A program made the translations under genes and the position numbers. A stretch of DNA of 48,582 nt, taken from contig JBDHKN010000025.1 in assembly GCA_039586365.1 (NCBI GenBank), forward strand, positions 1-48,582. The letters are read 5' to 3'. Position 1 is the first letter of the stretch, and each line of letters starts with the position of its first letter. The DNA is from Gemmatimonadota bacterium (lineage in GTDB: Bacteria > Gemmatimonadota > Gemmatimonadetes > Gemmatimonadales > GWC2-71-9). Under the pieces are notes generated by a model. It ran no database searches. It worked only from the letters and a program-made list of their open reading frames with translations, and had not been told where the DNA came from. Below are positions 19,601 through 27,348 of this stretch, piece after piece.

Positions 19601-21673
19601 TACAGGTCAATGCTCGGTGGAGACGGCTCGTGCATGGGCTGTGGCGAGAAGACTGTGATCCATCTGGTGCTCTCCGCGGTCAACGCCCTGATGATCCCGC
19701 GGGTGATGAAGTACGTCGACAAACTCGACGATTTGGTCGCTCAGCTCGACGCAAAAGCACGTGCGATTGTGGCGTCCGACGCTGACCTCGACTCGGTGAC
19801 CAAGAGCGACGGTGATGTTGCCATCCAGCTGGAGCAGTCCAAGCAGGAGCAGGTGGAGTTGATCAACTCGATCCTGCATGACCTCAAGGATCTGAGATGG
19901 CGCTACACCGAGGGGCCGAGTGGCAAGGGTCGCTCAACGCTCGGCATGACGAACGCTACCGGTTGTTCGTCCGTTTGGGGCAGTACCTATCCATACAACC
20001 CCTATCCGTTCCCGTGGACCAACCATCTGTTCCAGGATGCCCCATCGATCGCGATCGGCATCTTCGAGGGCCACATGCGCAAGATGGGGGATGGCTTCAA
20101 GGCTGTACGCCGAGCGGAGCTGTTACTCAAGGGCGAATATGACGCCGAAGTGCATGAGCCCTTCCTTGGCAACTTCGACTGGCGACAGTTCAACGACGAG
20201 GAGTTTGGCATGTGCCCGCCCATCTTCGCCGTTGGTGGTGACGGGGCCATGCTGGACATCGGTTTCCAAAACCTCTCCCGTCTGCTGGCGTCAGGCAAGC
20301 CTCTCAGGGTGATCGTGCTCGACACGCAGGTGTACTCCAACACTGGCGGTCAAGCGTGCACCAGTGGGTTTCTGGGGCAGATATCCGATATGGCGGCGTA
20401 TGGCAAAGGCCAACACGGTAAGGAGGAGATGCGTAAGGAGTTGGCGCTGATAGCGATGGCGCACGGCAGGGTCTTTGTTCTGCAGGGTAGCCAGGCAGCC
20501 GCGTCGCATCTGATCGAAGGCGTGTTGAGGGGTTTGCAGTCACGTACACCCGCGGTGTTCGCTCTGCACTGTCCCTGTCCGCCTGAGCACGGCTTGGGCG
20601 ACGACCAGGCGACACGCGCATCGAAGCTGGCCATGGAGAGTCGTGCCTACCCAATCCTGACCTACGACCCCAGCGCCGGGGAGTACATCTGCGATCAACT
20701 GAGCCTGGACGGCAACCCGGAAGTCGAAGATACGTGGCCCACTTACGAGTTGACCTACGTGGACGGCGAGGGGAATGAGCAGCGCATGGAGCTGCCTATA
20801 ACGATCGCCGACTGGGCTGCCACGGAGACTCGGTTCATCAAGCACTTCAAGAGGCTGAAGGGTGACGCGGATGAGGATGCCTTGGTGCCATTCCACCAGT
20901 TCATGGAACTCTCGGGCGAGGACAGAGAGGGTAAGACGCCCTTCATCTATCAGATCGACGACGACAAGAAGCTGACGCGTCTACTCGTATCACACGAGAT
21001 GGTCCTGCTCGCCGAAGATCGCTTGGAGGTTTGGTCCAAGCTAAAGCAGATGGCCGGCCTCGAGATTCCACCCACTGTCCGGGACACGGTCGAATCCGAG
21101 CTAGAAGAAGAGTTCAACAAGAAGACTGAGGCAATCCAAATCGAGTACTCGGCGAAGCTCGCCGAGTTGAAGGCCCGCTATCCTGCGATTGTGGCTCGGA
21201 AGTTGGCACAAGGATTGGTGCGGGCTGGCAACGGTCAGCAGACAGTTGCCGAGCTACTCGACAAGGTTCAAAGCATGCGCGGGTTAGCGCCGATCTCGGC
21301 GGACGTGACTGGAGTCGAAGGTGATTTTGCTGTCACCGGAGGGGGGGCGCCGGCAGCTGTTGCGGAGGCCCCTGCTGCGGTCGCTGCACCCGCGGTGGTT
21401 GCCGAGGAGGAAGAAGAAGGCCTCGCTATGGAGCCGTACATCGAGTCCGCTCGATGCACGACCTGTGACGAATGCACCAAGCTCAACAAGAAGATGTTTG
21501 CGTACAACGACAAGAAGCAGGCATACATCAAAGATGCCAAGGCCGGAACTTTCAAGCAGTTGGTGCAAGCGGCTGAGAAGTGTCCGGTTCGGATAATTCA
21601 TCCGGGAACACCGCTCAATCCGAAGGAGAAAGAACTGGAGAAGTGGTTGAAGCGGGCTGAGCCCTTCAACTGA
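16637..21673 (+). CDS. por: Large single-chain pyruvate:ferredoxin oxidoreductase with insertions and a fused C-terminal ferredoxin
   Basis: YPITPS, EGEHAA, AARAMT, YGSEKKG, two CxxCxxCxxxCP motifs, CMGCGE, NATGCSSVWG, GGDGAMLDIG...YSNTGGQ; C-terminal CTTCDEC...CP. Confidence 0.93.
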   Translation: MKPKKTDNTPAAPKYPGIRTAVDGSQAVVDMETAASEAAGAYPITPSTQMGEGWAAAVAAGKRNVNGRKLIFFEPEGEHAAAAVTAGMSMTGLRSANFSSGQGIAYMHESLYPAVGKRLTYVLNIAARAMTKHALNVHAGHDDYHAVDDTGFFQLFAKNPQEIADLNLIAHRIAELSLNPGICAQDGFLTSHVIETVDIPERELVKEYLGDPSDIIDSPTPAQKLVFGEKRRRIPEMFDLDYPAMIGVVQNQDSYNQGVAAQRPFYFDHIQQLADKALEEYAQLTGRRYRRVNGYRMDDAEYVIVGQGSVVSNAEVVCDYLREVRGIKVGVLNVTMFRPFPADQITATLRGRKGVTVLERTDQPLAVDLPLLKEIRAAMGKALENHRAKDRVPFAGVTACGPDEIPEFYSGCFGLGSRDIQPGQLVSAVENMLDTGKKQRLFYLGIDFVRAGTQLPKLQIWQEQLLESYPHLADLALPSKADLNLAPKGAIAIRIHSVGGWGAITTGKNVAMTAADLMGLYIQANPKYGSEKKGQPTTFYATLAEERIRLNAELKHVNVVLSPDPNVFRHSNPLAGMEQDGVFVIQSDLPETEFWNGLPTTAQRYIRKHNIKVYLLDGFKIAMEEASDPSLRYRMQGAAFMGAFFHVAPLMDRYEVTEEKLFEGIRGQLNKKFGHLGQRVVEDNVRVIRRGFDEIREVDPSVFPDQDQDAGKLPQMPDELDGTGWRDGIGNPGRFWEQVCHVYKSGDDGIADPFAAISAIPAATSTIRDMTDVRFEVPEFIPENCTGCGQCWVQCPDTAIPGLVTEIDQVIYSAINSVSNGKTYDRLRQVVPHIARESRRIMKGVAVKNFADVMSTAYQTVSGKLNLDPERRSELDAEFAPVYSALAEFPLAKTAPFFDLPEDQEKGTGGLLSITVNPETCKGCNICVDVCPDNALITVKQDEQAVDKLRRNWKLWKQLPETDDRYINVSNIDEGIGVLSSLLLKKHNYRSMLGGDGSCMGCGEKTVIHLVLSAVNALMIPRVMKYVDKLDDLVAQLDAKARAIVASDADLDSVTKSDGDVAIQLEQSKQEQVELINSILHDLKDLRWRYTEGPSGKGRSTLGMTNATGCSSVWGSTYPYNPYPFPWTNHLFQDAPSIAIGIFEGHMRKMGDGFKAVRRAELLLKGEYDAEVHEPFLGNFDWRQFNDEEFGMCPPIFAVGGDGAMLDIGFQNLSRLLASGKPLRVIVLDTQVYSNTGGQACTSGFLGQISDMAAYGKGQHGKEEMRKELALIAMAHGRVFVLQGSQAAASHLIEGVLRGLQSRTPAVFALHCPCPPEHGLGDDQATRASKLAMESRAYPILTYDPSAGEYICDQLSLDGNPEVEDTWPTYELTYVDGEGNEQRMELPITIADWAATETRFIKHFKRLKGDADEDALVPFHQFMELSGEDREGKTPFIYQIDDDKKLTRLLVSHEMVLLAEDRLEVWSKLKQMAGLEIPPTVRDTVESELEEEFNKKTEAIQIEYSAKLAELKARYPAIVARKLAQGLVRAGNGQQTVAELLDKVQSMRGLAPISADVTGVEGDFAVTGGGAPAAVAEAPAAVAAPAVVAEEEEEGLAMEPYIESARCTTCDECTKLNKKMFAYNDKKQAYIKDAKAGTFKQLVQAAEKCPVRIIHPGTPLNPKEKELEKWLKRAEPFN

Positions 21674-21676
21674 TCT

Positions 21677-23008
21677 GTGCGTCGGATGCTACATAAACTG
21701 ACGTTTCGGCACGGGGTCCACCCGCCCGAATTCAAGGAGTTGACTGCGGCGGTGGCGGTACGGCGCATGCCGTTCCCTGACGAGGTCATCCTGCCGCTCA
21801 GCCAGCACACGGGCAAACCGGCGAGGTTGCTGGTCGAGCCCGGTGATCGAGTAGAGCGTGGTGACAAGATCGCGGAATCGGACGGTTTCATTTCTGCGCC
21901 GGTGCACGCCTCTGCAACCGGAATAGTCGAGGAGATCGGTCTGTGGCCGCATCCGCTGGGTTCCTACTCGACGGCCGTACGCATCAAGGTAGAACCCTAC
22001 TCGGCGCAGGCACCGCGGCCTCGCATGGTCCCGGAGTGGGAGGGACTGTCGCCTGAGGAAGTACGTCAGGCAGTACAGAATGCTGGTGTGGTGGGGCTTG
22101 GTGGTGCGGCGTTCCCAACGCACGTGAAACTCACCCCGCCCAAAGACAAGAAGATCGATACAATCATCATTAACGGGTGCGAGTGCGAGCCGTACCTGAC
22201 AACCGATCATCGCACCATGGTCGAGTATCCCGAGCGCGTACACCAGGGGATCAGGATCATGATGCAGTGCCTGAGTGTGGATCGAACGATGATTGGAATC
22301 GAGAGGAACAAGCCGGACGCCATTGAGGCCATTCAGGCTACTCTGCCCACGGATCTAGATGTTACGGTACATCCGCTCACGGTGAAGTATCCGCAGGGTG
22401 CCGAGAAGATGTTGATAGAGGCTCTAGTCGGAAGGGAAGTGCCGTCCGGCAAACTGCCGCTCGATGCCGGCGTCATTGTGCAGAATGTGGCGTCGGTAGC
22501 CACTATTGCCGAGGTGTTCGAGACCGGCATGCCGCTCATCGAGCGTATCGTCACGGTGACCGGGCGCGGCATCAAACGTCCGTCCAACCTGATCGTACCG
22601 GTTGGCACGAAGCTGCGCGATCTACTGGATGCCTGCGGCGGTCTCAAAGAAGATGCGTTCGAGATCGTCTTCGGTGGTCCCATGATGGGGGCAGCTCAGG
22701 CCGACCTGGACACACCGATTCTCAAAGGGACCACCGGTGTGGTGGTGTTGGCAGAATCTGAAGTCAAAGCGAAGGAGTCGCACCCGTGCATCCGTTGCGG
22801 ACACTGCCTGGATGCGTGTCCTGTATTCCTTAATCCGCAGCTGCTGGGAAGCCTGGCTAAGGCGGAACGCTGGGAAGAAATGGAAGCCAACCACTTGATG
22901 GACTGCATGCTCTGTGGTTGTTGCTCATATACTTGTCCCTCCAACATTCCTCTGAGTCAGCTCTTCCAACTCGCAAAGGCGGCACTAAGAAGACGTAAAG
23001 CAGCGTGA
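21677..23008 (+). CDS. rnfC: Rnf complex subunit C
   Basis: GVHP, LSQHTG, GLGGAAFPTHVK, NGCECEPYLT.D, KYPQGAEK, GGPMMG, CIRCGHCLDACP, CMLCGCCSYTCP. Confidence 0.96.
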   Translation: MRRMLHKLTFRHGVHPPEFKELTAAVAVRRMPFPDEVILPLSQHTGKPARLLVEPGDRVERGDKIAESDGFISAPVHASATGIVEEIGLWPHPLGSYSTAVRIKVEPYSAQAPRPRMVPEWEGLSPEEVRQAVQNAGVVGLGGAAFPTHVKLTPPKDKKIDTIIINGCECEPYLTTDHRTMVEYPERVHQGIRIMMQCLSVDRTMIGIERNKPDAIEAIQATLPTDLDVTVHPLTVKYPQGAEKMLIEALVGREVPSGKLPLDAGVIVQNVASVATIAEVFETGMPLIERIVTVTGRGIKRPSNLIVPVGTKLRDLLDACGGLKEDAFEIVFGGPMMGAAQADLDTPILKGTTGVVVLAESEVKAKESHPCIRCGHCLDACPVFLNPQLLGSLAKAERWEEMEANHLMDCMLCGCCSYTCPSNIPLSQLFQLAKAALRRRKAA

Positions 23009-24009
23009 CAAAACCCGCATTCCTACTCACGGCTTCCCCACACTTGGGGGCCGGTGATTCAACGCCAACCATCATGTGGTCAGTGGTGGCGAGCTTGGTG
23101 CCGGTGGTCGGGGCTTCGGTCTACTACTTCGGGCCCAGTGCAGTGTTGGTGATCGGGGCAGCAACTCTGGGAGCAGTGCTCGCGGAACGCATCTTCGGAC
23201 CCAAAGGTGCCCTGAGAGACGGGTCGGCGACCATAACCGGGTTATTGCTTGGGCTGACTTTGCCACCGGGACTCCCGGTGTGGATGGCCTTCATCGGCGG
23301 CGCGTTCGGAATCGGATTCGGAAAGCTCATCTTTGGCGGCCTGGGCCAAAACATCTTCAATCCCGCGTTACTCGGTCGGGCGTTCCTCCAAGCTGCATTC
23401 CCGGTGGCGATGACGACGTGGCCAGCACTTGGGGGAAACTGGTGGAGCCTGCGAGGGGACAACTTGGCTCTGCCGCTCATGAGCCCGCAGGTCCCTGACG
23501 GACTGACAGGTGCCACTCCGCTGGGCCTAATGAAGTTCGAACAGGTGACCACTGAGTACGCCGATCTGATGATCGGCTCGATTGGTGGATCGTTGGGAGA
23601 GACATCCGGCGTAATAATCTTGCTCGCCGGCGCCTATCTTGCGTTGCGGAATCATCTCAACTGGCGGATCCCGGCAAGCATCCTGATGACGGTGGCAGTT
23701 GTGGCTGGGTTGATCCATCTGCTGAGTCCCGAACGGTACCCGACCGCCATGTTCATGCTGTTCTCAGGCGGCCTCATCCTGGGAGCCGTGTATATGGCCA
23801 CTGACATGGTGACCTCTCCCGTCACCAATCGCGGCTGCTGGGTCTTCGGTGTTGGAGTTGGGGCCGTCGTGGTGGTGATTCGTCTCTGGGGTGGCCTCCC
23901 AGAGGGCGTGATGTACGCGATCCTTCTCATGAATGCGATGGTTCCCTTCATCAATCGCGCAACACAGCCCCGTGTTTTCGGCACGGGCCTGAGAGAGGTT
24001 AGCACGTGA
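23005..24009 (+). CDS. rnfD: Rnf complex subunit D
   Basis: ASPH, FGGLGQNIFNPA, DGLTGATPL (FMN-Thr), GSLGETS, MATDMVTSP, PEGVMYAILLMN. Confidence 0.96.
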   Translation: MTKPAFLLTASPHLGAGDSTPTIMWSVVASLVPVVGASVYYFGPSAVLVIGAATLGAVLAERIFGPKGALRDGSATITGLLLGLTLPPGLPVWMAFIGGAFGIGFGKLIFGGLGQNIFNPALLGRAFLQAAFPVAMTTWPALGGNWWSLRGDNLALPLMSPQVPDGLTGATPLGLMKFEQVTTEYADLMIGSIGGSLGETSGVIILLAGAYLALRNHLNWRIPASILMTVAVVAGLIHLLSPERYPTAMFMLFSGGLILGAVYMATDMVTSPVTNRGCWVFGVGVGAVVVVIRLWGGLPEGVMYAILLMNAMVPFINRATQPRVFGTGLREVST

Positions 24010-24686
24010 GCGGCGAAGACCAGACGATCGGTTCCGAACCTGCTGTGCCGTCCGCTCAGCAAGAGGTCCCACCGTGGCGCCTAGTCTCCACGTTGGGTAC
24101 GGCCGGTGCATTAGCGGGATTCTTGATAGTGTTTGTGTTCGTTGCCACCGAACCGACTATCAAGGCGCACAAAGCGATGGTGCTACGTCAAGCGATCCAG
24201 GAGGTGCTCAAAGGACCCGCCAGTTTCGACACGCTTTTCGTATACGACGGAGCACTGACTGCAGAGCTTCCCGCCGGTCAAGATCCCGAGAGCATGGATC
24301 AGATCTACGTAGGGTACGGCGATGACGGTAGCCAGGTCGGATTCGCTATGGTTGCGGCAGAACCGGGGTTCCAAGATATCGTGCAGCTCATATTCGGGTA
24401 CGAAGCGGGGTCGCAACGTGTCATCGGAATGAAAGTACTTGAGAGCCTAGAGACACCAGGCTTGGGTGACAAGATCGAGAAAGACCAGAGTTTTGTGAGA
24501 GAGTTCGACGGAGTGACGTCGCCGTTAGTTGGTGTGAAGCCTGGCCGGGCTACTGGAGACGAACACGAAATAGACATGATTACCGGAGCCACGATCTCGT
24601 CGCGTGCTGTGATCAAGATCATCAACAACGCAATCGAACGCTACAGCCCCCTCATTGCAGCACACAACGGTGGAGGAGTACAATGA
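24006..24686 (+). CDS. rnfG: Rnf complex subunit G
   Basis: Single TM helix, ETPGLG, DMITGATISS (FMN-Thr). Confidence 0.93.
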   Translation: MSGEDQTIGSEPAVPSAQQEVPPWRLVSTLGTAGALAGFLIVFVFVATEPTIKAHKAMVLRQAIQEVLKGPASFDTLFVYDGALTAELPAGQDPESMDQIYVGYGDDGSQVGFAMVAAEPGFQDIVQLIFGYEAGSQRVIGMKVLESLETPGLGDKIEKDQSFVREFDGVTSPLVGVKPGRATGDEHEIDMITGATISSRAVIKIINNAIERYSPLIAAHNGGGVQ

Positions 24687-25339
24687 GAGCAACGACTCCC
24701 CACCAGGATTTCACGCGCGGCATCTGGCGGGAGAATCCGGTATTGATTCAGATGCTGGGTCTATGCCCTGCCTTGGCTGTCACCAATACAGTCGCCAACA
24801 GCATTGCAATGGGGCTGGCTACGTTCTTCGTCCTGATGGGGTCGAGCTTGTTGGTCTCTTTGTCCAAGCGCTTCATCCCTAATGAAGTGCGAATCTCGAC
24901 CTTCATCTTGATCATTGCCACATTCGTGACGGTTGCGGACATGAGTCTGGAAGCAATCGTGCCGGACATCCACAAGGCGCTCGGTGCGTTTATAGCACTG
25001 ATTGTGGTGAATTGCATGATACTGGGTCGGCAAGAAGCGTTCGCATCAAAGCGCCCGGTGGGACGCTCACTGCTCGATGCATTGGGCACGGGCATAGGGT
25101 TCATCATTGCGATGCTGATGATGGGTACCGTGCGAGAAGTCCTCGGTAACGGAACCATTCTGGGGTTCAGTATCTTCGGATCAAACTACGAACCCTGGGT
25201 GATCTTCATTCTTCCCCCGGGCGGGTTCTTCACGATTGGCTTCATTCTGCTCGGACTCAACTACGTTCAGAGCCGCAGGAAACCGAAGCAGCTCGTGGCT
25301 GAGCTGCCTGGCGCCGGAACGGCGGGGAGGGCTGCATGA
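24683..25339 (+). CDS. rnfE: Rnf complex subunit E
   Basis: ENPV..QMLGLCP.LAVT, LIVVNCMILGR, REVLG, LPPGGF. Confidence 0.95.
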   Translation: MRATTPHQDFTRGIWRENPVLIQMLGLCPALAVTNTVANSIAMGLATFFVLMGSSLLVSLSKRFIPNEVRISTFILIIATFVTVADMSLEAIVPDIHKALGAFIALIVVNCMILGRQEAFASKRPVGRSLLDALGTGIGFIIAMLMMGTVREVLGNGTILGFSIFGSNYEPWVIFILPPGGFFTIGFILLGLNYVQSRRKPKQLVAELPGAGTAGRAA

Positions 25340-25917
25340 CGGCAGAGCTACTCTGGATCCTGGTTTCCGCAATGGTGGTGAACAACTTCACCCTCTATTA
25401 CTTCCTTGGCCTTTGCCCGTTCATGGGGGTCTCGGGGAAGGTCGAAACCGCAGTCCGCATGGGTGCCGCCAACATCTTCGTGTTGACCATCACTTCTATC
25501 TCAGTATGGATCCTCAACACCTACATCCTGGCTGCTGCGCCCTACCTCCGATTGATCTCGTTCATCGTTGTCATTGCGTCGACTGTGCAGATCGTGGAGA
25601 TGGCGATCAAGAAGATCAGCCCCGCACTGTTCCGGGCGCTCGGCATCTATCTCCCTCTCATTACCACCAACTGCGCCATACTCGGGTACGCGCTGTTCAA
25701 CACGAACAGAGGATACGGGTTCTTCGAAGGACTGGCATTTGCGTGGGGAGCCGGGCTGGGATTGACGCTCGCGCTGGTGTTGATGGCGTCGATTCGGGAA
25801 AGCACGGAGTTGATCGAAGTGCCTGATGTAGTGAAGGGGAACGCGTTGGTCTTCCTCATAGCAGGGTGCCTGTCACTTGCGTTCATGGGGTTCGCCGGGC
25901 TCCTGAGCTCCACATGA
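25336..25917 (+). CDS. rnfA: Rnf complex subunit A
   Basis: NNF.L..FLGLCPFMGVS, LGIYLPLITTNCAILG, IRE, SLAFMGFAGL. Confidence 0.95.
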   Translation: MTAELLWILVSAMVVNNFTLYYFLGLCPFMGVSGKVETAVRMGAANIFVLTITSISVWILNTYILAAAPYLRLISFIVVIASTVQIVEMAIKKISPALFRALGIYLPLITTNCAILGYALFNTNRGYGFFEGLAFAWGAGLGLTLALVLMASIRESTELIEVPDVVKGNALVFLIAGCLSLAFMGFAGLLSST

Positions 25918-26093
25918 CCGAGCTGCTCGGCATTATCGGCGTCGCCGCCCTATTCGCAGCGTTCGGCCTATTGCGCCCGAGAATCCGGGAAAGCCACGGC
26001 TGTGACGGCTGCCCGAGCCACGAGGATACCACGGCATGTGGTACCTGTCCGGGAGTCGGTGGACCATCCGGGCCGGGTCCCCTAGAGTCATGA
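25914..26093 (+). CDS. 59-aa single-TM Cys-rich protein (NqrM/FeoB-associated-like)
   Basis: ATGA overlap with the rnfA stop; MTELLGIIGVAALFAAFGLL TM helix followed by CDGC-x8-CGTC. Confidence 0.75.
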   Translation: MTELLGIIGVAALFAAFGLLRPRIRESHGCDGCPSHEDTTACGTCPGVGGPSGPGPLES

Positions 26094-26296
26094 GATGAAC
26101 CGAGTAACCGCGCGACTACGGGTGCTGGCCAGGAAGTGAGGGTTGGGGAAGAACTGCAGGGCTTCGGCTTGCGCGTCTCGGCAAATTTCCTTTACTTGGA
26201 CTATAGACCACCACTTGAGTATTCCCCGTGGAGCGCACAGTATGACCCAGCTCTGGCTCCGCGCCGATCCGCCGCCATTTGCGCTCAGCCGCTGCG

Positions 26297-27118
26297 ATGT
26301 CTGACGTCCGTCCACCCGCGGTGGCAGGTCGATTTTATCCCGGGCATCCGGAAGAACTCCGTCGAATGGTCGAGGGGATGCTTGCCGACGCTGCGGGCGA
26401 ACCCGGCCCAGCGGTAGCTGCGATAGTTCCACATGCGGGATTGATCTACTCCGGTGCCTGCGCTGCCCGAGTCTTCAAGCGGATTCATTTGCCAGCCGTT
26501 GTAGTCATCCTGGCTCCCAATCACACCGGCTATGGGGATAACGTCGGTGGAGCCGCGGCTTGGGATCGTGGTGCTTACGGTACCCCACTCGGAACCCAGG
26601 ACGTGGCTGCCGAGTTCCTGTCCCGGTTGGAGGCGGAGTGTCCATTGGTAGCGCACGATGTTTCGGCTCATCTCTATGAGCACGCCGTGGAAGTGGAACT
26701 GCCTTTCATTACGTTGCTTGCACCAGATTCGGAAGTGGCACCGATTGTCTTAGCATGGGATGACTGGGGCAACTGTAAAGAACTGGCAGACGCCCTAGTC
26801 AGAGCCATATCCGCGTGGGAACAGGACGTTCTGGTGCTGGCATCATCTGATATGACCCACCACGAGCCAGCGGAAAGCGCAGCCTCCAAAGACCGAATGG
26901 CATTCGAAGCAGTGGAGCGCCTGGACGGGCGGGAGCTACTGGCTACGTGCCGCCGGGAAAGAGTATCGATGTGCGGCAGGGCCCCGGCAGCGGTGGTGTT
27001 GGAAACAGCTCGGCAACTCGGCGCCAAACGTGCCGAGCTGGTGGACTACCGTCACAGCGGCTGGGTCACGGGCGACGATTCGAGTGTGGTCGCATACGCG
27101 GGGGTGGTCATCAGCTGA
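26297..27118 (+). CDS. amrB: AmmeMemoRadiSam system protein B (MEMO1 family)
   Basis: RPPAVAGRFYP, PHAGLIYSG, PNH, EHAVEVELPF, SSDMTH, SMCG, VAYA. Confidence 0.93.
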   Translation: MSDVRPPAVAGRFYPGHPEELRRMVEGMLADAAGEPGPAVAAIVPHAGLIYSGACAARVFKRIHLPAVVVILAPNHTGYGDNVGGAAAWDRGAYGTPLGTQDVAAEFLSRLEAECPLVAHDVSAHLYEHAVEVELPFITLLAPDSEVAPIVLAWDDWGNCKELADALVRAISAWEQDVLVLASSDMTHHEPAESAASKDRMAFEAVERLDGRELLATCRRERVSMCGRAPAAVVLETARQLGAKRAELVDYRHSGWVTGDDSSVVAYAGVVIS

Positions 27119-27276
27119 GGACGGTGAGGAGTGGTGAATGACGGTGGAGAAGGGGAGATGGTGGATGCGAACCAAGTCATTCCCTCATCGTCCCCTGCTA
27201 TCCCTCCTTTCCTTCACTCACCTGCATTTCCAACGATCCTTCCATACCGCTGTAGCTCCTCACCGTTATCACCGCC
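27119..27276. repeat. Degenerate ~10-nt tandem repeats forming inverted purine-rich and pyrimidine-rich arms
   Basis: GGACGGTGAG/GAGTGGTGAA/TGACGGTGGA follow the amrB stop; ACGGTGAGGAG (27121-27131) is perfectly complementary to CTCCTCACCGT (27256-27266). Confidence 0.6.
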
Positions 27277-27320
27277 CGTCCGCTGTCCACGCCTCGCACC
27301 AATCCCTGAGCAGTGACTGT

Positions 27321-27343
27321 GGCCACGCGAGCACCGCGTGGTC
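27321..27343. terminator. Hairpin just downstream of korB
   Basis: GGCCACGCG-AGCAC-CGCGTGGTC. Confidence 0.4.
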
Positions 27344-27348
27344 TAAGG

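Noticed and set aside
27119..27276. CRISPR array
   Set aside because: The units are about 10 nt, degenerate and spacer-less, and no cas genes are present.
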